Shown here one piece after another: positions 55,468 through 64,000 of a stretch of 64,000 nt of DNA. Below the pieces are notes generated by a model, which saw only the letters and a list, made by a program, of their open reading frames with translations, was not told the DNA's origin and did not search any database. Numbering within the stretch: the stretch's first letter is position 1; the number at the start of each line of letters is the position of its first letter. Location of the stretch: contig CAVVCZ010000004.1 in NCBI GenBank assembly GCA_963746845.1, positions 768,001 to 832,000 of the forward strand, read 5' to 3'. The translations under genes were made by a program, and so were the position numbers. This DNA is from an uncultured Chloroflexia bacterium (GTDB taxonomy: Bacteria; Chloroflexota; Limnocylindria; Limnocylindrales; CSP1-4).

Positions 55468-57885
55468 TCAGTCGTCCGCGTCGTCCCCGTCGTCGACCGA
55501 GCGAAGCCAGTTGTCCGGGCCATAGATCTGGCGCGGCGTGGCCGGGTTGCGCGGGTCCTGGGGGCCGACGATCCCGTACCGCTCGAGCTCGTCGATCACC
55601 CGGCTCGCCCGGGCGAAGCCGAGCTTCAGCTTCGTCTGGAGCATCGACGTGCTCGCCCGCTGCGAGGCCATCACGAGCTCTGCGGCCGGGATCGTCATCT
55701 CGTCGACGCCGTACTTGCGGAGCCAGCCGAACTGGCCACCGTCGGCGGCGCCGCCGTCCTCCGGATCGCCGAACGCGAGGATGTCCTCGTCGTAGAAGGT
55801 CCGGCCGCCCGTCTGGTCGAGCCAGTGCTTCGTGACCTCGCTCACCTCGCGGTCGCTGACGAAGACGCCCTGCATCCGGACCGGGCGGGGCAGGTCGACC
55901 GGCTGGTAGAGCATGTCGCCGCGCCCGATCAGGTCCTCGGCGCCGGGCGCGTCGAGGACCGTCCGCGAGTCGACCATGGAGGCCATCGCGAACGCGATCC
56001 GCGACGGGACGTTGGCCTTGATCAGGCCGGTCACCACGTTGACCGACGGGCGCTGCGTCGCGAGGACGAGATGAATCCCGACGGCACGCGCCTTCTGGGC
56101 GATCTTCACGATCGGGTCCTCGACCTTCCGGCCCTCGCGCATGATCAGGTCGGCCAGCTCGTCGATGATCAGGACGATGTACGGCATCCGGTCGGCGGCG
56201 GTCTCGTCCCCGGCGATCTCCGGCCGGCTGTTGTAGGCCGCGATGTTCCGGACGCTCTGGCCGGCGAGGAGCTTGTAGCGCTCCTCCATCTCGCGGACCG
56301 CCCAGTTGAGGACCGCCTTCGCCTCGTTCGGCTCGACGACGACGTGCTGGAGCAGGTGGGGCAGACCGTTGTACGGCGCGAGCTCGACCCGCTTGAGATC
56401 CACGAGGACCATCCGGACGTCGTCGGGCCGAGCATGCATCAGGATCGAGGTGATCAGGGCGTTGACGCAGACGCTCTTGCCCGAGCCGGTCGCGCCGGCG
56501 ACCAGGAGATGGGGCATCTTCGCGAGGTCGACCGCGATCGAGCTGCCCGAGACGTCGCGGCCGAGGGCGAAGGTCAGCGGGCTCGCCGCGCCGAGCATCT
56601 TCGTCTCCTCGACCAGCGGCCGGAAGCCGACGACCTCGCTCACGCTGTTGGGAATCTCGATCCCGACGACGTCCTTGCCCGGGATCGGCGCCTCGATCCG
56701 GATCGAGCGGGCCGAGAGGGCCATCGCCAGGTCGTCGGCGAGGGCCTCGATTCGGCTGACCTTGACGTGATGCTCGGGCTTCACCTCGTACTGGGTGACG
56801 ACCGGGCCGGAGTTGACCTTCACGACCTTGGCCGGGATCGCGAAGCTCAGCAGCTTCTCCTCGATCCGGCGCTTGTTCGATTCGTGGTCGATGACCGCCT
56901 CGACCCGACCGACCGGTCGGGGCTCCAGGAGCTCGACGGACGGCAGGATCCAGTCGATCGCCTGGAGCGACTCGAGAGCGGTCGGCGGCTCGTCCACCTC
57001 CGTGGACGGCCGGCTCGCCAGCGCCACCGCGCCGACCGTGCGAACGGGTCGAACGCCGGTTCCATCGCCATCGCCGAACACGACGGTCTGGCTGATCGGC
57101 TGGGGCGACGGCGTCTTGTGCTCATCGAGGATGCTCGCGGCCGTCGCCGTCGCGGCCGCGCCCGACACGAGACCGGACGGGGCGATCACGTTCGCCGGGT
57201 CCATCACGGGCACGCCCGCGTCCGGCCTGGCCGCACCCCGGCCGCCCGCCGCCTTCGCGGGTGTCACGTCGCCCGGCTCGCGCCGAAGCGAGGCGGCGGC
57301 CGTCGCTCCGAACCAGCGGGCCGTTCCGGTGACGGGGTGGAGCAGCTCGCGGAGCTGGAGGTTGAAGGCGAGCATCAGCCCGACGGCGAAGATCGCGACG
57401 CAGACGATGAAGGCGCCGGGCCCCGTGAGCAGCGGCTCCAGCGTCGTCGCGAGGAATCGCCCGATCCGCCCACCGCCACGCTCGGCCCCGAACAGGGTCA
57501 GGTCGAGGATCTCGAACGCGCCGAGGAACCCGACGAAGGCGAGCGCGATCCCGGCGAGCGTGGCACCCCAGCCGGATCCCGGCTTCGTGCCCGGGCCCCA
57601 TTCGAGGTACCAGCCCGCGCCGAGCAGGAGGAACGGCAGGAGCCACCGTCCGGTCTCGAACCACGGCGCGATCGAGTCGCGCCACCAGTCCGTGAGGGCG
57701 CCCTGTCCGGGCAGCGCCAGGGCGATCAAGGTCACCGCGCCGAGGACCAGCAGGCAGATCCCGACGATCGAGCGGGCCACGTCCGGCGCGACGGACGGGA
57801 ACGGGATCGCGGGCAGCGGCGTGCTGCCGCTCGACGCGCGCCGGCGGGTGGCCGGGCGCCGGGTCGTGCGCCGCTTCGTCGCCAC
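55468..57885 (-). CDS. ftsK: DNA translocase FtsK/SpoIIIE
   Basis: Four-TM N-terminus; PHLLVAGATGSGKS, IIDELADL, ATQRPS; gamma domain STSMLQTKLKLGFARA. Confidence 0.96.
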   Translation of the reverse strand: MATKRRTTRRPATRRRASSGSTPLPAIPFPSVAPDVARSIVGICLLVLGAVTLIALALPGQGALTDWWRDSIAPWFETGRWLLPFLLLGAGWYLEWGPGTKPGSGWGATLAGIALAFVGFLGAFEILDLTLFGAERGGGRIGRFLATTLEPLLTGPGAFIVCVAIFAVGLMLAFNLQLRELLHPVTGTARWFGATAAASLRREPGDVTPAKAAGGRGAARPDAGVPVMDPANVIAPSGLVSGAAATATAASILDEHKTPSPQPISQTVVFGDGDGTGVRPVRTVGAVALASRPSTEVDEPPTALESLQAIDWILPSVELLEPRPVGRVEAVIDHESNKRRIEEKLLSFAIPAKVVKVNSGPVVTQYEVKPEHHVKVSRIEALADDLAMALSARSIRIEAPIPGKDVVGIEIPNSVSEVVGFRPLVEETKMLGAASPLTFALGRDVSGSSIAVDLAKMPHLLVAGATGSGKSVCVNALITSILMHARPDDVRMVLVDLKRVELAPYNGLPHLLQHVVVEPNEAKAVLNWAVREMEERYKLLAGQSVRNIAAYNSRPEIAGDETAADRMPYIVLIIDELADLIMREGRKVEDPIVKIAQKARAVGIHLVLATQRPSVNVVTGLIKANVPSRIAFAMASMVDSRTVLDAPGAEDLIGRGDMLYQPVDLPRPVRMQGVFVSDREVSEVTKHWLDQTGGRTFYDEDILAFGDPEDGGAADGGQFGWLRKYGVDEMTIPAAELVMASQRASTSMLQTKLKLGFARASRVIDELERYGIVGPQDPRNPATPRQIYGPDNWLRSVDDGDDADD

Positions 57886-57888
57886 CGC

Positions 57889-59556
57889 TCAGACCTCGAC
57901 CACGACCGGGAAGACCATCGGTCGCCGCTTCGTCTGCTCGTACAGGTAGCGCGACACGCCGTCCTTGATCTGGCTCTTCAGCAGCGCGATCTCGCTGATG
58001 TGGTCGCCCGGGTTCTGGATCGAGGTCAGGATCCGCTCGATCGCCTCGCCCATCATCGGGTCCTGCTCGTTCTGATGGACGAAGCCGCGTGTGATGATCT
58101 CGGGCCGGCCGACCACGTTCCCGGTCTGCTTGTCGACCGTGACGACGACCATGAACATCCCGTCGTTGGCGAGCGCCCGGCGGTCGCGCAGGACGATCTC
58201 GCCGACCTCGCCGACCGACAGCCCGTCGACGAACACGTAGCCCGCCGGGACCGGCTGGCCGCGACGGGCCACGCCGTCCTGATCGATCTCGATCGGCTGG
58301 CCGTTCTCGATGATGAAGACGTTCTCGGGTGCGACCCCCGTCTCGATCGCGAGGCGGCCGTGCTGGACCTGCATCCGGAACTCGCCATGGATCGGGATGA
58401 AGTAGCGGGGCTTCGTCAGGCCGAGCATCAGCTTCAGCTCTTCCTGGCTCGCGTGGCCCGAGACGTGGGCCCGCTTGATCGTGTGGTAGTAGACATTGGC
58501 GCCGGCCTTGAACAGGTTGTCGATCGTCCGCGCGACGTACTCCTCGTTGCCCGGGATCGGGCTCGCGCTGACGATCACCGTGTCGCCCGGCTGGATCTCG
58601 ACGAACCGATGGTCGCGGTTGGCCATCCGGGCCAGACCGGACATCGGCTCGCCCTGGGCGCCGGTCGTCGCGATGACGAGCTTGTCGTCCGGAACCTCGT
58701 TGATCTTGTCCTTGGCGACCATCCGGGACGGCTCGTAGGTCAGGTAGCCGAGGTCCGTGGCGATGCGGGTGTTCTGCTCCATCGATCGGCCGATGACCGC
58801 GACCTTGCGGTCGAACTGGGCCGCCGCGTCGATCACCTGCTGGATCCGGGCGATGTTGCTCGCGAAGGTCGCGACGATCACCCGGCCGTCGAGCGGCTCC
58901 ATGATCTCGCGGAAGGCCTCGCCGACGGTCCGCTCCGACGGGGTGTAGCCCGGGTTCTCCGCACGGGTCGAGTCGGACAGCAGGCAGATGACGCCCTCCG
59001 CGCCCATCTTCGCGAGGATCGCGAAGTCGGACAGCTTGCCGTCGACCGGGGTGTGATCGAACTTGAAGTCGCCCGTGTGGACGACGACGCCGACCGGTGT
59101 CCGGAGGGCGATCCCCATCGCGTCCGGGATCGAGTGGCCGATCCGGAAGGCCACGACCCCGAACGGCCCGATCTGGATCTCGTCGCCGGGCTCGAGCGCC
59201 AGGAGCGGGTTGTTGTGGAGCTTGTGCTCCTTGATCTTGTTGCCGAGCAGGCCGCGGGCGAGGGTCGAGGCGTAGATCGGGACGCCCGGGAACTCCGGGA
59301 GCACGTACGGCAACCCGCCGACATGGTCCTCGTGGGCGTGGGTGATGAGGAACGCCCGGACGTTCGCCTTCCGTTCCTTCAGGTAGGTGATATCGGGCAC
59401 GACGAGGTCGATCCCGAACATCTCCTCGTCGGGGAACATCAGCCCGCAGTCGATCACGACGATGTCGTCGCCGTACTCGAACACGTACATGTTCTTGCCG
59501 ATCTCACCGACGCCGCCGAGCGGGATGATCCGGAGGATCGGGTTGGGTGTGGGCAT
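57889..59556 (-). CDS. rnj: Ribonuclease J
   Basis: PLGGVGEIGKN, THAHEDHVG, HSIPD, HTGDFK, HVSGH, PIHGE. Confidence 0.96.
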   Translation of the reverse strand: MPTPNPILRIIPLGGVGEIGKNMYVFEYGDDIVVIDCGLMFPDEEMFGIDLVVPDITYLKERKANVRAFLITHAHEDHVGGLPYVLPEFPGVPIYASTLARGLLGNKIKEHKLHNNPLLALEPGDEIQIGPFGVVAFRIGHSIPDAMGIALRTPVGVVVHTGDFKFDHTPVDGKLSDFAILAKMGAEGVICLLSDSTRAENPGYTPSERTVGEAFREIMEPLDGRVIVATFASNIARIQQVIDAAAQFDRKVAVIGRSMEQNTRIATDLGYLTYEPSRMVAKDKINEVPDDKLVIATTGAQGEPMSGLARMANRDHRFVEIQPGDTVIVSASPIPGNEEYVARTIDNLFKAGANVYYHTIKRAHVSGHASQEELKLMLGLTKPRYFIPIHGEFRMQVQHGRLAIETGVAPENVFIIENGQPIEIDQDGVARRGQPVPAGYVFVDGLSVGEVGEIVLRDRRALANDGMFMVVVTVDKQTGNVVGRPEIITRGFVHQNEQDPMMGEAIERILTSIQNPGDHISEIALLKSQIKDGVSRYLYEQTKRRPMVFPVVVEV

Positions 59557-59584
59557 CAGGGCTGGTCGTCTCGCTGCAGGTGGG

Positions 59585-60304
59585 TCAGAAGATCGTCAGG
59601 TCCGCGGCCGGGGCCGACGTGTCGGTCGTGCCATCGGCCATCGCCGCGACGAGCGCCGGTGCCTCGTCGTCCGGTGGCGCGGAGGCCCCCGCCGTCGTCG
59701 AGCCGGTCGCGCGGCGAGCCCGGGCATCAAGGAGGGCACGCGGCGCGCCGCCGATGTCCGCGTAGCTCTCGCGCTCGATCGCCGGGGTCCGGAGGGCCGC
59801 GGCCGGGTGGTACATCGCGAGGACCGTGGCGTCGCGGGCGCCGGTCGCCGGATCCACGGGCGCGGTGGTCCCGTGGACCCCCGAGATCCGGGCGCCCGGC
59901 AGGAACCGGCCCATCGAGTGGCGACCGAGGGTCACGACCAGCGCCGGGTCCAGGACCTCGAGCTGACGCTGGAGATACCCGGCGCAGGCCGCGATCTCGT
60001 CCGGCTCCGGATCGCGGTTGTCCGGGGGCCGGCACTTCACGACGTTGGTGATGAAGACGTCCCCGCGCCGCCACTCGATCGAGCCGAGCAGCTTGACGAG
60101 CAGGTCGCCCGCGCGCCCGACGAACGGGCGGCCCTGGCGGTCCTCGTTGTAGCCGGGGCCCTCCCCGACGAACACGACCTCCGTGTCGGCGCTCCCCTCC
60201 CCCGGCACCGCGAGCGTCCGCGTCGCCGCCAGGCGGCAGCTCGTGCAGGCGCGCACCTCGGCGGCGATCGCGTCGAGGGCCGTCTGGCGGTCCTCCGAGG
60301 TCAC
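59585..60304 (-). CDS. Uracil-DNA glycosylase family 4
   Basis: CTSCRL, GEGPGYNED, NVVKCRPPDNR, YHPAAAL; GTG overlapping the asd stop. Confidence 0.92.
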   Translation of the reverse strand: MTSEDRQTALDAIAAEVRACTSCRLAATRTLAVPGEGSADTEVVFVGEGPGYNEDRQGRPFVGRAGDLLVKLLGSIEWRRGDVFITNVVKCRPPDNRDPEPDEIAACAGYLQRQLEVLDPALVVTLGRHSMGRFLPGARISGVHGTTAPVDPATGARDATVLAMYHPAAALRTPAIERESYADIGGAPRALLDARARRATGSTTAGASAPPDDEAPALVAAMADGTTDTSAPAADLTIF

Positions 60305-61401
60305 GCTCCGGCCCCGATTGCCGCTCCTTCCGCCGCGTAGGGGGCGGCGCCGCGCGATGCGGCCGGTCGAACCCATCCCCGCGCGACGAGCGCCTCGGCG
60401 ATCTGGACGGCGTTGGTCGCGGCGCCCTTGCGGAGGTTGTCGGACACGACCCAGAAGGCCAGGCCGCGATCGTCGGGGATCGAGGGATCCTGGCGGACGC
60501 GCCCGACGTAGATCTCGTCCGTCCCCGCGGCCGTCGTGGCCAGCGGGTAGGTCGAGGTGGACGGATCGTCCTGGACGATGACCCCCGGAACCGCCCCGAA
60601 CAGGTTCCGGGCGCGATCGGGGGTGATCGGCCGGCGGGTCTCGACGTGGACCGCCTCGGAGTGGGCGACGAAGACCGGGATGCGGACGGCCGTGCACGAC
60701 ACGCGGAGGTCCGGCAGGTGGAGGATCTTCCGGCTCTCGGTGACGACCTTCCACTCCTCCTTCGTGTAGCCATTCGGCAGGAAGACGTCGATCTGCGGCA
60801 GCGCGTTGAACGCGATCTGGTGCGGATAGACCGAGACGTCCTTTGGCTCTCCCGCGACGTGCGCCCGGACCTGGCCCTCGAGCTCCCGGATCGCGCCGCC
60901 GCCCGTGCCCGAGACCGCCTGGTAGGTGTCGACGATCACTCGCTCCAGCCCGGCCGCGTCGCGCAGCGCCATCAGGACCGGGACGAGCTGCATCGTGGAG
61001 CAATTCGGGTTCGCGATGATGCCGGGATGACCCTCGAGGTCGTCGGGGTTGACCTGGCTGACGACGAGCGGGATCGAGGGGTCCATCCGCCACGCGGAGC
61101 TGTTGTCGATGACGGTCGCTCCGCGCGCGGCGGCCAGCGGGGCGAGCACCCGCGACGCGTCGGCACCCGCCGAGAAGAGCGCGATGTCCACGCCTTCGAA
61201 CGCCTCGTCGCTGGCGAGCTGGACCTCGTGCGTCGCGCCCTCGATCGAGACGGTTCGGCCGGCGGATCGCTCCGAGGCGAGCAGGCGCAGCTCGCCGACG
61301 GGAAACTCCCGTTCGAGGAGGACCTGGATCATCGTCCGCCCGACGACGCCGGTGGCGCCGACGACCGCGACGGTGAGGCTCTGGCGTGTCATGTCGTGCA
61401 T
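60301..61401 (-). CDS. asd: Aspartate-semialdehyde dehydrogenase
   Basis: VGATGVVG, IDNSSAWR, ANPNCST, SDNLRKGAATNAVQIAE. Confidence 0.96.
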   Translation of the reverse strand: MHDMTRQSLTVAVVGATGVVGRTMIQVLLEREFPVGELRLLASERSAGRTVSIEGATHEVQLASDEAFEGVDIALFSAGADASRVLAPLAAARGATVIDNSSAWRMDPSIPLVVSQVNPDDLEGHPGIIANPNCSTMQLVPVLMALRDAAGLERVIVDTYQAVSGTGGGAIRELEGQVRAHVAGEPKDVSVYPHQIAFNALPQIDVFLPNGYTKEEWKVVTESRKILHLPDLRVSCTAVRIPVFVAHSEAVHVETRRPITPDRARNLFGAVPGVIVQDDPSTSTYPLATTAAGTDEIYVGRVRQDPSIPDDRGLAFWVVSDNLRKGAATNAVQIAEALVARGWVRPAASRGAAPYAAEGAAIGAGA

Positions 61402-61439
61402 GGCTCCGCTGTCACGGTCGCTGGCAGGGCACGGGCCGG

Positions 61440-61448
61440 AGTATAGCA
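61440..61448 (-). promoter_or_regulatory. Extended -10 (TGCTATACT) upstream of asd
   Basis: Reverse complement of AGTATAGCA, about 40 nt upstream of the asd start. Confidence 0.5.
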
Positions 61449-61561
61449 GCGGGGTCCGTCGCTCCCGGCCACACGCAGATGCCCGGCCTGCAAGAATCCA
61501 GGCGTCGTCCGCGTCCTGATCAACGAAGCGTCCACGTGGACGGCGTTCGAAAGGAGCGACG

Positions 61562-62107
61562 GTGGCGTTCCGGGTCCAGATCGAGGACTTCGCCGGGCTG
61601 TACGAGCGGACCTACCAGTCCGTCTATCGCGTGGTGCTCGGGATCTGCGGCGACGCGGCGCTGGCCGCCGACGCCACCCAGGACGCCTACCTGTCGGCCT
61701 ATCGGAACCGTGCCACGTTCCGCGGCGATGTCCCGGTCGAGGCGTGGCTGCACCGGATCGCGGTCAACGCCGCGCTCGCCGGTCTCCGCCGGCGCAAGGT
61801 CCGCTGGGCCGAGCCGCTCGATGTCGAGGTCCACGATCGCGCGACGGCGCCGCTCGACGAGGGCCCCGATGGCGACCTCCAGCGGGCGCTGCTGCGGCTC
61901 GGGCCGCAGGCACGGGCGGCAGTCGTCCTGCGCTACTACGTCGACCTCGACTACGCGGCGATCGCGGCGGTCCTCGGCACGACGACCGGCACGGTCGGGT
62001 CGCTCCTGAGTCGATCCCTGGACAAGCTCCGCCAGGAGCTGTCGGTCGAGCTGCCACCGCCCGCACTGGTCGCGGCGTCGACCGAGGAGGCCGGCCATGG
62101 CCGTTGA
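61562..62107 (+). CDS. ECF sigma-70 factor
   Basis: ADATQDAY...AWLHRIAVN; VVLRYYVDLDYAAIAAVLG...GTVGSLLSR. Confidence 0.9.
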   Translation: MAFRVQIEDFAGLYERTYQSVYRVVLGICGDAALAADATQDAYLSAYRNRATFRGDVPVEAWLHRIAVNAALAGLRRRKVRWAEPLDVEVHDRATAPLDEGPDGDLQRALLRLGPQARAAVVLRYYVDLDYAAIAAVLGTTTGTVGSLLSRSLDKLRQELSVELPPPALVAASTEEAGHGR

Positions 62108-62984
62108 TCACGGCTTCGAGGGGCGCCTCCGTCGCGAGCTCCACGCCTCCCTGGACTCCGCGGTCGGCCCGCACCCCTGGTGGACCGATTCGCCGGCCGC
62201 GTGGCGGATCCGCGACGAGGGCGACGCGGGTGCCGCCGCGGCCGCGCGACGCCTGCCGCGCTCGACCCTCCTGATCGCCGCGGCCGTGACCGCGGTCGCG
62301 CTCACGGGCGTGCTGGTGGTGGGGGGATCTCTCCGCCCCCTGAGCGCCACGCCGCCCCCGAGCGTCATGCCGGCGGTCGTCGCGTCCGTTGCGTCACCCT
62401 CGGCGTCCCCGTCGGCGGAGGTCGCGGTCGCGGAACCATCGACGCCCTCGGCACGCCCTGCATCCGAGGAGCCGTGCCTCACCACCTGGACGCATCACGG
62501 GACCTACCCGGCAGGCGGACTCCAGGACGGCAGCTTCCTGTGGCGCCTCGAGGGGGATGGGGGCCAGCTGCACATGGAGTTCCTGAACTCGATCGACACG
62601 GTGAAGGAGATCAGCATCGTCCCCGTGGACCCGCCGCTCCGGGACAGTGCTGGACGGGCGGTCCACGCCGACGGCACTGCGTTCTTCAAGCTGGTGATCG
62701 ATGGACTCACGCGGGCGACCGAGATCACGAGGGACGACATGAAGCCGAACGACGTGCTGAACGGCCCGGGTTCCACCATCGTCGGGCACCCGATCGCCGA
62801 GGTGCGCCGGCTCTACAAGCCGAAGCAGGTCGTGGGGACCCCGACCCAGCACGAGATCTGGCTCATCGGGGTGGACTTCCCGGCCTGCCTCTCGGTCCGG
62901 ACATCCCCAACCGGGTTGTACGAGGTGCCGCAGCCGGGTGACAACGTCGTCACCGTGTCGTTCTCGCCGATCGCCCGACCCTGA
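62097..62984 (+). CDS. Putative membrane anti-sigma factor
   Basis: Overlaps the ECF gene; FEGRLRREL N-terminus, one TM, Ser/Pro linker, extracellular domain. Confidence 0.65.
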   Translation: MAVDHGFEGRLRRELHASLDSAVGPHPWWTDSPAAWRIRDEGDAGAAAAARRLPRSTLLIAAAVTAVALTGVLVVGGSLRPLSATPPPSVMPAVVASVASPSASPSAEVAVAEPSTPSARPASEEPCLTTWTHHGTYPAGGLQDGSFLWRLEGDGGQLHMEFLNSIDTVKEISIVPVDPPLRDSAGRAVHADGTAFFKLVIDGLTRATEITRDDMKPNDVLNGPGSTIVGHPIAEVRRLYKPKQVVGTPTQHEIWLIGVDFPACLSVRTSPTGLYEVPQPGDNVVTVSFSPIARP

Positions 62985-62987
62985 CCC

Positions 62988-63398
62988 TCAGGTCGATCGC
63001 TCCATCCAACGGTCCGGAGCGGCCAGAGACCGGAACCCGTGGCGCTCGTACAGCCCGTGGGCGTCACGGGTCGACAGGATCATCCGCTTGAGGCCGTGCA
63101 GACGCGGGTCCGCCACGATCGCCGCCATCAGGGCGTCGCCGATGCCCTGGCCCCGTTCAGCCTCGTCGACGAACACGTCGCAGATCCAGGCGAACGTCGC
63201 CTGGTCGGTCACCACCCGGGCGAACCCGACCTGACGATCGCCGCGATAGGCCCCGAAGCCGAGCGAGTTCTCGATCGAGCGGTCGATGAGGTCCGGCGAG
63301 CGACCGACGGCCCAGTAGGCGCGCTCGGACAGGGCCGCGTGGAGCCAGTCCATGTCGAGGTCGGCCGGGTCCGTGCCGATCCGGACGTCGCCCGTCAT
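62988..63398 (-). CDS. GNAT acetyltransferase
   Basis: QVGFARVVTD.ATFAWICDVFV...RGQGIG...DAHGLY. Confidence 0.92.
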   Translation of the reverse strand: MTGDVRIGTDPADLDMDWLHAALSERAYWAVGRSPDLIDRSIENSLGFGAYRGDRQVGFARVVTDQATFAWICDVFVDEAERGQGIGDALMAAIVADPRLHGLKRMILSTRDAHGLYERHGFRSLAAPDRWMERST

Positions 63399-63605
63399 CG
63401 CGTGCGCCTCCGATTTCGATCAATTGACAGCGCAGACGACCTTATCCAATGCACTCGACCCATGTCCGGTCCGATCCGTGGCCCCGTGACTCGTCACGCG
63501 GCAGGTGGACACGGATTCGCCCGACCTGGGCGTCCGGCGAGTCGCTCACCTGGATCAGGCTCGCGTGGCCGTCGTTTGGCGAGGAGTCCGGATGGGCGAG
63601 CGCCC

Positions 63606-63639
63606 GGAATCGAAGAGCCGCCGGCGGTGCCGGCGGCTC
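63606..63639 (-). terminator. Probable intrinsic terminator of pnp
   Basis: GAGCCGCCGGC-3-GCCGGCGGCTC hairpin followed by TTCGATT on the minus strand. Confidence 0.55.
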
Positions 63640-63661
63640 GGGTGCGGGAAACGAACGGGGA

Positions 63662-64000
63662 TCAGCTGCCGACCGGCTCCTTCGCCAGGTGCCGCTGCAT
63701 CGCCGCCTTGCGGGACAGGTTGACCCGGCCCTGGCGGTCGATCTCCATGACGACGACCATCACCTCGTCGCCGACGGACACGACGTCCTCGACGGTCGGC
63801 ACGTGGTAGTCGGCCAGCTCGCCGATCCGGACGAGGCCTTCCTTGCCCGGCAGGATCTCGACGAAGGCGCCGAAGCCCATGATCCGGGTGACCTTGCCCA
63901 GGTAGAGCGCCCCGACCTCGACCTCGCGGGTCAGGCTCTCGATCCACTGGATCGCCTTCCGAGCGTTCTCGCCGGACACGGCCGCGATCTCCACGGAGCC
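63662..64000 (-). CDS. pnp: Polynucleotide phosphorylase, C-terminal KH/S1 part (5' part outside the window)
   Basis: [25 protein letters not shown]...[21 protein letters not shown]. Confidence 0.9.
   Translation of the reverse strand, partial: GSVEIAAVSGENARKAIQWIESLTREVEVGALYLGKVTRIMGFGAFVEILPGKEGLVRIGELADYHVPTVEDVVSVGDEVMVVVMEIDRQGRVNLSRKAAMQRHLAKEPVGS

Noticed and set aside
55444-60051. 1535-aa plus-strand ORF, and many other long overlapping ORFs such as 51563-54103, 37118-39538 and 21067-23211
   Set aside because: Antisense or off-frame shadows of real genes (ftsK, rnj and others), typical of high-GC DNA; no domain motifs.
63442-63549. 35-codon minus-strand ORF between pnp and the GNAT gene
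   Set aside because: No clear SD, -10 box or motif; expected by chance at this GC content.
1-64000. tRNA, rRNA, IS/prophage genes, defence systems and known riboswitches
   Set aside because: None recognised by eye; tRNAscan, Rfam and DefenseFinder-type searches would be needed to exclude them.

Overview
A very GC-rich bacterial chromosomal window with no phage, transposase, CRISPR array, rRNA or tRNA visible. Gene content and order (F420-dependent enzymes, VKOR-DsbA, many apparently leaderless genes, pnp-asd-udg-rnj-ftsK-rodZ-cinA-murC-yajQ) fit a monoderm soil or freshwater lineage such as Chloroflexota (Limnocylindria-like) or Actinomycetota; this is an inference. The left ~50 kb is accessory metabolism and regulation: ettA, hydrolases and oxidoreductases, a Liv-type ABC transporter with a GlnA3/FluG-like gamma-glutamylation cluster, ArsR-SRPBCC-VOC, ECF sigma factors and two class III cyclases. 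The right end is core housekeeping. Most notable: (1) a bacterial DRG-type (archaeal/eukaryotic-like) GTPase lacking the S5D2L insert, preceded by a 22-codon uORF that can pair with its Shine-Dalgarno (SD); (2) an unannotated Cys-rich leader peptide with anti-SD pairing upstream of DUF4395-EamA, a candidate cysteine-sensing attenuator; (3) a 260-bp palindromic element made of four 50-bp-period TCGACA-N9-GATCTG units; (4) an exact SigG-type promoter next to a SigG-like sigma; (5) a GNAT-APH fusion and an AAC(2')-like gene; (6) a frameshifted esterase and a truncated ECF sigma. All calls come from reading the sequence by eye; no database searches or folding computations were run.
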